Assembly (NCBI RefSeq): GCF_009914755.1
Contig: NC_060932.1
Origin: the human T2T-CHM13v2.0 reference genome, Homo sapiens
Strand: one strand, 5' to 3'
Length of the DNA stretch: 64,000 nucleotides
The position numbers and the translations under genes were made by a program. The notes below the pieces were generated by a model. The model saw only the letters and a program-made list of their open reading frames with translations, was not told the DNA's origin and did no database searches. Shown here one piece after another: positions 53,000 through 64,000 of this stretch (position 1 is the first letter of the stretch; each line of letters opens with the position of its first letter).

Positions 53000-54562
53000 T
53001 TATAAATATGATCTGTATGAAAAATATCCTAAATGATTTCTCAGGAAAATTAACATGCTTATCATAAGGGTATGTCTTAAAAGATGTTAAACCATTTAAA
53101 GAAACATTTTAATAGGAATATCAATAGCATAAAAATTTATGAAAACATAAAAATTTAATAAATCTAACTTAGTAGCTAGTAACTATTACTAAAAATAAAA
53201 GTGAAATCAGGCAGTGAAGTTCACTGTTGTAGAATAACTGGAAGAAAACCCAAGAAATCACAAATTTCGTGGAGAGTCTGAATATGGCTATGAAAATAAT
53301 TATGTAGTCTTGCCATGAGTGCCTTAAATATCTATTTATGATGAATTTACAAACATACACACATTGATCAGAATTACTTTGTTTAATCAGTTCTCACACA
53401 AATATTTATCAAGAACCCATTGTTTACTAGGTATTATACTGTGTTCTGGGCACCTTAAAAATGATCAAAAAGAGCTCTTTATTCTGCCGTCTTTGAGACT
53501 GGAGTCTAATGTAGCATACCATTAACAAATCAGACAATCACGAAACAGTCTGTTAAATGTGGTAGAGGTAGAGGGACCTGTTGGGCCCCAGAGGAGAGGT
53601 ACTTCATCAAATCCTCTGGTCTCAGGGAGTGAGGGGATTATTCCAGGCTATGGTCATCACTGGTATGGGTATAGGAAAAACTCCCATTTTTGATCAGACC
53701 TACAGATGACTTTGAAGCTGTAAATCTCAATTTCTTCTTTGAGAAAGGTAACTAACCATCACCCAAATTAATAGTGTCTAGAAACTAAGGTTGGTGAACA
53801 CTTAGTGGATACAGTATAGGGACACAGATTAGATAAATCTCAGCACATTTGAAAGGGAATAAAATGGAAAATAAGCATGAAATCTACTACAGAACAAATG
53901 AAACAGAAACAAAAACACATCATCTTGAACACTCAGAAGATCTTTCTCTGAAAGCCAGAGGAGCTAGGACTTCTTTGTGTGTAGCCCTTAGAATAAAAGG
54001 AGAACAGGAAAAGACACTGAGAGAAACCAGCTTGAAGAGATAGACCACTTTAAGTTGCTGGATAGGTTTCCAAGTTTATCTTGGACTTTCTCAAATGTAA
54101 GATTCAAGACAAACTTGTGAATTTCTTTGTTCTTACATTTTGCAACTCACAGTAGCACATTGGGTTTGTTAAAAGCAATGTACCTTTCTAAACCCTTTCT
54201 ATTTGCCAGGTACTTTACATATATTATTTTATTTCATTTCTTCAGAAATTTCATGAGATAGTCATGATTACCTTAATAAAGTGAAAACTATGAGGCAAAG
54301 ATAAATATATTAACCTGTGAAAGTTTAAATAGGAAGTGGTACAGTGGGAATTCCAATATAACTTTCTCTATCTCCTGGACTGGGCGATCATGAGAATAGG
54401 ATGAGGAAGATGATGAAGAGCATCACCATCATCATTGTTACAATAGTAACTAATACTTACTAAGTACCAGACACTAGTTTTAGCATGTTACATCAATTCA
54501 TTTGCACAAAAGTACCAGGAGTGTTTTTGTTTTATAGATGAGGAAACTGAGGCTTAAAGATA

Positions 54563-54964
54563 CATTAAAAGAAAAACTTTAGACAAATTAAATGTAACAG
54601 AGTTTAATTAGCCAAAGAACAATTCATGAATTGGGCAGCCTCCCAAGCCAGAATAGGTTCAGAGAGACTCTGGCATTGCTGCTTGGTTGAAGAAGATTTC
54701 TGAACAGGAAAAGATCAATGGTGTACAGAAAACATAAGTGAGGTACAAAAACAACCAGACTGTTTACAATTTGGTATTTTCTTTATTTGAACACAATGTA
54801 AACAGTTGCCAACCTTTGATTGGCCAAACCTCAGTGATTGGCACAAGAGTAGGTTACAGTCTGTTTACACATATTCAGTAAGGTTACAGTTCATATATGG
54901 AGAAACCTTTAGGCTGAACTTAAAATATGTAAGGAGGCAGCTTCAGACTAAACTTAATTTGACA
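54563..54964 (-). mobile_element. MER57B-type solo LTR (ERV1), inserted in a MIR
   Basis: - strand start TGTCAAATTAAGTTTAGTCTGAAGCTGCCTCCTTACATATTTTAAGTTC; homologous to the LTR at 7734-8168; MIR core GATGAGGAAACTGAGGCT immediately to the left. Confidence 0.85.
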
Positions 54965-55451
54965 GGTTTAGTGAATCTGGGCATAATTCAGGACACTCAG
55001 TCAAATTGTGCTTGTGTTCTTCAGTTTCAATATTTAGTGACATACATGCTTGTTCTTCTGCGTGGGCTGCCCTCCCCGGCTCATCACCTGAGTTTGATTA
55101 ACTTTTACACATACTGTACTTTAAACTGCAGCTCAGGCATCATCTGCTTCAGAAACTATTCCTCGATCCCTTCCACTCCCAGCCCCCATGTGATTAGGTA
55201 CTGCTATTCTGGGTTCCATTACAGTGTATGTGTATCTTCATCCTCCCACTCCACATTTGATTTTATCTTTATCTGTGATTCTACAACTCCCAATCTTCCA
55301 TGAACTCATTGAGGAGAAAATGTGCACTATTCCATTTGGGGCCCTAACTACTTTTTACAGTACTTGAGACACTGAGTTTTCCAAGATGCACAACTTACTG
55401 AGAGCTGAGCTGAGTGATTGGAAATAACTAAAAATTAAAGTAGGACTGAAG

Positions 55452-55945
55452 ATGTGGTATTATACAAGACCGAATACTATTCAGCCATAAGAAAGAAGGA
55501 AATCTTGCTACTTGTGACAACATGGATACAACTGGAAGACATTATGCTAAATGAAATAAGCTGTGCACAGAAAGACAAATACCATGTGATCTCACTCATA
55601 TATAGAATCTATAAAAGCAAAATTCATAAAAGTAGATAGTAGAATGATGGTTACCTGAGGCTGGGGAACAGGGGAAGGAGAGGGTACAAAATGTCAGAAG
55701 GAAGATGTTTTGAGATTTCTTGCATAGCAGGATGACTATCATCAACAATAATGTGTTGTATATCTCAAAATAAGTAGAAGGTACATTTCAAATGTCTCAC
55801 CACAAAAAATGATAAGTAAATGAGATTATGGTTATATTAATTAGCTTCATTTAATCATTCCACATTGTATACATATGTTAAGATATCACAATGTATCCCA
55901 TAAATGTATATAATTATGATTTGTCAATTAAATATAATAATAAAT
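55452..55945 (+). mobile_element. L1MA 3' end (ORF2 C-terminus and 3' UTR)
   Basis: ORF 55454-55639 EYYSAIRKKEILLLVTTWIQLEDIMLNEIS; 3' UTR CTCACCACAAAAAATGATAAG. Confidence 0.85.
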
Positions 55946-56524
55946 AGATGAGCATTTTGTCTAAAAAATAAAGAAAAAGTGAGTTTGAAGACAATATTAT
56001 ACTTAAAACTTACAAGTTTATTTGTGATAAAAGTGACATCTCAGTCCAGGTTAACTTATGCTTTTGTGTAGAGAAACTGTTTTATTGGTTCTTTTTCCTC
56101 CCTAAATGTTAAAGGACTTTTTTTCTTTATACATGGAAAGTAAAAAGAATCACAACTTGTTGTGTTAAAGGATTAATGTCATTTCATTAATATTGCCTGG
56201 TGGGTACTTTTCATATGCAAGCTACAGATTTTTTCTTTAGCCTAGGAAAAGTCTTTACCATTACAATCTTATTATTGTAGTTATTTAATTTAGTCTTTCA
56301 TGTCGTTTATGTTCTATTATAAATTTTATCTTGGTTTCATTTATGAATTTGAATCTGGGGACATTTACCAACCTGTTCTTTCATGTAACCCAAACTAATG
56401 TTATGATTTCTATTGGGTTTCTTAATAATGGCCAATTAGCTTTTTGCATCTCTTTAGCTTTAACTGATATGAAATAATTTTCTTTTTGTGGCTGGAATGC
56501 TTTTGTTTTAAAGATTCTAAGTCC

Positions 56525-56823
56525 TTTTTTTTTTTTTTTTGAGATGGAGTCTTGCTCTGTTGTCCAGGCTCGACTGCAGAGGTGGGATCTTGTCTCACTA
56601 CAACCTCCGTCTTCCAGGTTCAAGCGATTCTCCTGCCTTAGCCTCCTGAGTAGCTGGGACTAGAGGCATAAGCCACCATGCCTGACTAATTTTTTTGTAC
56701 TTTTAGTAGAGTTGTGGTTTCACCATATTGGTCAGGCTGTTCTCAAACTCCTGACCTCAGGTGATCCACCCACCTTGGCCTCCCAAAGTGCTGGGTTACA
56801 GGCGTGAGTTACCACACCCGACC
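56525..56823 (-). mobile_element. AluSx-like
   Basis: T16 tail, dimeric Alu, CCTGACCTCAGGTGATCCACCC. Confidence 0.92.
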
Positions 56824-57487
56824 CCTATCTTGATAAGAAAATTAATTTCAGAATGTGAAAGATTCCTTCTCTTTCTCTTACTTACTCTTTTTTGAATCTT
56901 TTGAACTGTAGTATCTATCCTTGTGTTCCTGACTTCTCTTTGTCTTGCATCATGCTTGCAAGAGGGCTCTGTATTTTCTGTGAGTGGGTGCATGGTGACC
57001 TTCTCTCAGAGATTGCAAGTGTTCCTGTTTGCCATTTCTAGCACCTTTTTTCTTCAGATGTGGCAAATTATTGGCATATTGGTATTTTCTTTGATCCAGT
57101 TTTTACATTATTGTATAGCAATCACCCAGTGTTTTCAGCATGTGGCTATCACTCTTCTTGAATTTCTAGTAAAAATAGCATTTTTTTCTAGTAAAATTAA
57201 TAGTCTTATTGGTCGTTTTATTTCAGTTCTGGCAGGTGGCTCCTGTATTTCATTTACATAGAAAAGTTACACATTAATTTTATATTCAAATTAATAAAAT
57301 AGCTGAATAAAGAAATACTATACAATTAATTTATAATTTTCTTTATTCTCAGAGTTTTAGAAATAACATATGTTGTTCATATAATCAGGGAAAAAGTTAT
57401 GATATTCACTCATATTACTGATAGGGAATCTGTCCTCAGATGACCACCTCAGGTAGGCAAAGAGCAGATTATACTAATACAAATATA

Positions 57488-59067
<1,580 letters not shown>

Positions 59068-59099
59068 TATTTGTATTATCTGTCTATCTCTTAGTTTAG

Positions 59100-59230
59100 T
59101 TTTTATATCAACCATTAGAATGTGAGCTTCATAGGGTAAGGTTTGTGCCTGTCTTTATCATTGTATTGCAGAACCTATACCAGTACTTGGCACACAGTAG
59201 GTGCTTACAAAGTTCTAAATGAATGCATAA
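59100..59230 (+). mobile_element. L2 3' terminus
   Basis: TAGAATGTGAGCTTCATAGGG...CTTGGCACACAGTAGGTGCT...AAATGAATG. Confidence 0.75.
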
Positions 59231-60283
59231 AGGAATAATGAGAGTCTGGATTAAGAGCCCTGTAAAGAAGGTGACTTTATAGTAACATGAAGTTTAAGCC
59301 AATATTTTTAGACTAGAAGGATCCAAGGCTTCAGCCTCAGTCTATGAACCTGTCATCACCAGGTCCCTCCTGGTGGGCCTCTCAGGGGTACTAGACTGTC
59401 TCCTCTAGAGTCCTTCTTTGAGCCTTTATCCTGGTATCTGCTTGACAGACTCTGCCTACCTTGAACTTCTTTCTGACTCTGTTATCAGCCCATCCATGAC
59501 ACCTGGCTTCTTCCTGACCTGGATGAATTTCTGTTCCTGACCTGGGCATGACTTGAATTTGACTTTCATTTTTATCTACTGGTTGTCTTGTTTTAGTGTC
59601 CATGGAGGGACTGTGATTCCATTAATGAAAATTTGTATTTTCTGACGAGTGTGAGGACATTAATGAAAATGTTAACCATGATTGTATTTGGGCTAATGTA
59701 TTGGACATTTTTTTCTTCTTCTGTATTTATGACTCGTGGATTTTTCCAGATTTGTTGTGCTGAATATAATACACATATGATGGAAAGGTAAATGTTTTAA
59801 CAATACTGCAAGATGTCTGACTTAGAACTACATGGCATGCTACTCCACTTATAATACATCATATGGTATCCCTTGTTCCAAAGTATGCAACATGAGTAAA
59901 ACTTGAGGCACAGAAAGGGAACAAAAACTCTTTATTCATTTCTGGCCTTTTATACTCTATGGTCACTTTACTGTCTCTGCTATCATACTCATCTCAAGTA
60001 CTTTGGAAAGTTTCCAAGGAATACCTAATGCTCTGAATCTAAGAATTGGGTTTGCTACTTGCTGAATTTGCTGTTCTTCTTCTCTGCCCCACCTCCTTGT
60101 GGTGAGGTTTACTGCGCAGGGACATGACCGTGGGCATGGAGGCGAGCCTTGGGATATCCCACCTCTACTGAGGTCATCACCTTCCCTTGCTCTGGAAACT
60201 GTTGAATCTGCCTCTGTTACTTGTTCTCCCAATGGCCCATACTAGTTTCTTTCTCTTTTTAATTGCAACTCTTTGTATTTTAA

Positions 60284-60451
<168 letters not shown>

Positions 60452-61149
60452 TGAGAGCAAGCCTATTGGACATGTTTGAACATTTCCTGAGCTGTAGTCA
60501 CAATTACTACAATGCTTGTCGCTACTTCATTGTCAGTGCCTGCCTTGGAGCAGATGTGAGTGCTCCAGATCTCTTTTCCCTTCAGACAAAATACATACCA
60601 AGACGCCTCTTGGTCCTTCATGCAAATGTTTCCCTATCAATTCTCCCCTGAAATTCTTGAGCTGTCTGCAAGCATGTCTGGATTTTAAGGTTAATATTCT
60701 ATGGGCTGCCAAGCTGGAAACCTGCCACACAAATGACTGTGCTTAATTTGATTGATGGAACTTAATGTGGCTATGTCTCTTGTATTGCACATTTTTTATT
60801 CTTGGAAGGCCAGGACAAGACATTGCACCAGTATTGTTTTGTGACTCAGATAGGACTCTGAGTAACCTTGGGGAAAAGGAGCACTTAGCTGTTTTGCTTA
60901 CATGCAGTGTGGTATTTCTGTGGGAGCTTGCCGCCTTCACATGTACACCATTTATCAACTAAATTCCTCAGCTCTCAGATGAACTTGATCTTAAGACAGT
61001 CTTGAATTGCCTTTTAGAAAAATGGAAAAACCAGGATTGGGGGGCATTGGAATTATGAATAGTGTTGATTTTAAATTTGTGAAAGATGATTGATCTACTA
61101 ATATTAATACTAGAAATAATATTAACATTGATACTAATATTAGCTCTCA

Positions 61150-61330
61150 GATATTGAATACCTATATTCTAGGCTCTTTGCTAATAAATTTATCTACATT
61201 GTCACATTTAATTTTTACTGCATTTCTCTGAAGTAGAAATACTATCCTCATGTGACAAAAGAGAAATCAAAATATTGGAGAGGTTAAACACCTTGCCAAA
61301 CAATATGTAACTTATATGTGGCAGAAAATG
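61150..61330 (-). mobile_element. MIR fragment
   Basis: ATATTGAATACCTAT...CACATTTAAT...GAGAGGTTAAACACCTTGCC. Confidence 0.6.
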
Positions 61331-61371
61331 CTGTGTTTCTTTCCAAATCATATTCTTTTAAATCACTCTAT

Positions 61372-62872
61372 GATTTTGATGTGTTTCTCTAAAGTTTAGT
61401 GATGCTGAGCATTTTTTATATACTTGTTGGCCATGTACATGTCTTCTTTTGATAAGTGTCTGTTCATGTTTTTTTGCCCATTTTAATGGGGTTGTATGTT
61501 TTTACCTTGTTGATTTGTTTAAATTCCTTATAGATTTTGGATATTAGGCCTTTGTTAAATCCATTGTTTGCAAATATTTTCCCCTACCCTGTAGGTTGTC
61601 TCTTTACTCTATTGATTTCTGAGCTTTTAAAATCAGAAAATGCTACTGAAGCTCTTTAGTTTAATTAGATCCTATTTGTCTATTTTTGTTTTTTTTACAA
61701 TGGCTTTTGGAAGCTTTGTCATAAAATCTTTCCCAAGGCCTATGTCTGGAATGGTATTTCCTAGATTTTATTCTAGGGTTTTTCTATTTTTAGGTTTTAC
61801 ATTTAATCTTTAATCCACATTGAGTTGGTTTTTGTATATGATGATCGGTAGCAGTACAGTTTCAATATTTTGCATATGCCCAGCCAGTTGTCCCAGCACC
61901 ATTTATTGAATAGGGAGTCCTTTCCACAATGCTTGTAACTACTGATATTGTCAAACATCAGTTGGTTATAGGTGTATGACTTTATTTCTGCTTTCCCTAA
62001 CCTGTTTCATTGGTCTATAGGTCTGTTTTTGTACAAATACCATGCTGTTTTAGTTACTGTAGGCTTGCTTAAAGTCAGGTAATGTAATGCTTCTAGTTTT
62101 GCTCTTTTTGCTTAGGATTGCTTTAGCTATTCAGACTCTTTTTTGGTTCTATATGAATTTTAGAATATTTTTTTCTAATTCTGTAAGAACTGACATTGGT
62201 AGTTTGAAAAGGATAGCATCGAATTTGTAAATTGCTTTGGGAAGTCTGACCATTTTAACAATATGATTCTTTCTATCCATGAGTATGAAATGTTTTTCCA
62301 TTTGTTTGTGTCATTTCTGGTTTCTTTAAGCAGCATTTTGTACTTCTCATTGTAGAGCTCTTTCACCTTCCTGGCTAACTATACTCCTAGGTATTTTATT
62401 CTTTTTGTGGCTATTGTGAATGGGGCTGTGTTCTCTTTATTATTATTATTATTATTTTTTGGTGGGGAGTGGGATTGTGTTCTTGATTTGGCTCTCAGCT
62501 TGAATGTTATTGGTTTACAAAAATGCTACTGCTTTTTGTACATTGGTTTTGAGTCCTGAAATTTAACTGAAGTTGTTTTTCAGTTCTATGAGCCTTTGGG
62601 CAGAGACTATGGGGTTTTCTAGTTATAGAATTATATTGTCTGTGAAGACAGATAGTTTGACTTCCTTTCTTTTGCATGCCTTTTCTTTCTTTCTCTTGCC
62701 CAATTGCTCTGGCTAAAACTTCCAGTACTATGTTGTATAGGAGTGGTGATGGTGGGCATCATTATCTTCTTCTGGTTCCAAAAGGGAATTCTTCCAGCTT
62801 TTTCCCATTCACTATAATGTTGGCTATGGATTTGTCATGGATGGCTCTTATTATTTTGATGTATATTCCATT
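61372..62872 (-). mobile_element. L1 (L1PA15-16/L1PB-like) ORF2 3' half
   Basis: ORF 62175-62366 [33 protein letters not shown] is ORF2p; TCCCAGCACCATTTATTGAATAGGGAGTCCTTTCC. Confidence 0.9.
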
Positions 62873-62875
62873 GAA

Positions 62876-64000
62876 GTATAGAATAAACATCCTTTTCATC
62901 TGCACATGGCACATACTCTATGATTGGCTACATGCTTGGCCATAAAGCAATTCTCAAAAATTTCAAAAAAGCTGAAATTATATCAACCTCACTCTTGGAC
63001 CACAGTGTAATAAAAATAGATACCAATACCAAGAATTTACCTCAGAACCATACAATTACATGGAAATTAAACAACCTGCTGCTGAATGACTTTTGAGTAA
63101 AGAATGAAGTTAAGGAAGAAATACAAAATTTCTTTGAAACTAATTAAAGCAAAGATACACCATATCAGAATCTCTCAGAGACAGCTAAAGCAGAGTTTAG
63201 AGTAAAGCTTATAGGGCTAAACACCTTCATCAAGAAGTTAGAAAGATCTCAAATTAACAACTTAACATCATACCTAAAGCTACTAGATAAACAAAAGCAA
63301 ACCAACCCAAAAGCTAGCAAAAGAAAAGAGATAACCAAAATCAGATCCAAACTGAACAAAATTGAGAGGGGAAAATCTACACAAAATATTAATGAAACCT
63401 AAAGTTTGTTCTTTGGGAGAGTGAATAAGTTTGACAGACTGCTAGATAAATTAACAGAGAATAAAGACAGAAGGTCCAAATAAATACAATAATAAATGAC
63501 AAAGATGACTTTACCACTATGCCACCATAATACAAAAAAAACTCTCAGAGACTTTTAAAAACACCTCTATGCACACAAACTAGAAAAACTAGAATAAATT
63601 TGTTAATTCCTGGAAACTTATGACCTCACAAGATTGATCCAGAAAGATATTTAAATACTGAGTAGACCAACAATGAGTTCAAAAGTTGATTCAGCATTAA
63701 AAAAAACCCCTATCAACCAGGAAAATCCCTGGACCAGAAAGATTTACATCCATGTTCTACCAGATGTGTAAAGAACAGTTTGTACTAATGCTACTGAAAT
63801 TATTTCAAAAATTGAGAAGGAAGAACTCCTCCCTATCTAATTCTATGAGGCTAACATCATTCTGACACCAAAATCTTGCGGAGACACACACAAAAATGAA
63901 AACTTAAGGGCAGTATTCCTGATGAAATAGATGCAAAAATCCTCAATAAAACACTAGCAAATAAAATCCAACAGCACATACAAAGCTAATTGGCCATGAT
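62876..64000 (+). mobile_element. Inverted L1 ORF2 segment (end of endonuclease to start of RT), running off the window
   Basis: ACATGGAAATTAAACAACCTGCTGCTGAATGAC; GAAAGATCTCAAATTAACAAC; GATGCAAAAATCCTCAATAAAA. Confidence 0.9.

Overview
Primate (human/ape-type) non-coding genomic DNA: AT-rich, CpG-depleted and dominated by interspersed repeats. These include Alu J/S/Y and FLAM, L1PA/L1PB/L1M fragments, L2, MIR, hAT and Tigger DNA transposons, and many LTRs (MER57 x2, LTR33, MER11, LTR1-type, MLT1 x4, THE1, MLT2A1 with HERV-L gag-pro-RT). No host protein-coding gene is recognisable. The only ORFs with real homology are decayed HERV-L gag/pol and L1 ORF2 pieces. The most unusual structure is a 4.5-kb composite at 36583-41088: a THE1 LTR (+) joined to the 5' half of a HERV-L provirus with its MLT2A1 LTR (-). 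The whole unit is flanked by one near-perfect 5-bp duplication (CTAGC/CAAGC) inside an L2 that appears to continue across it. This suggests one integration event using ends of two different retroelements. Other items are a 26-bp-repeat/18-bp-spacer mini-array, a palindromic higher-order expansion in MLT2A1, a 250-bp dispersed duplication, a twin-primed L1 and two candidate + strand exons. Repeat families were assigned from remembered consensus sequences, not a database search, so subfamily calls and boundaries of old repeats are approximate.
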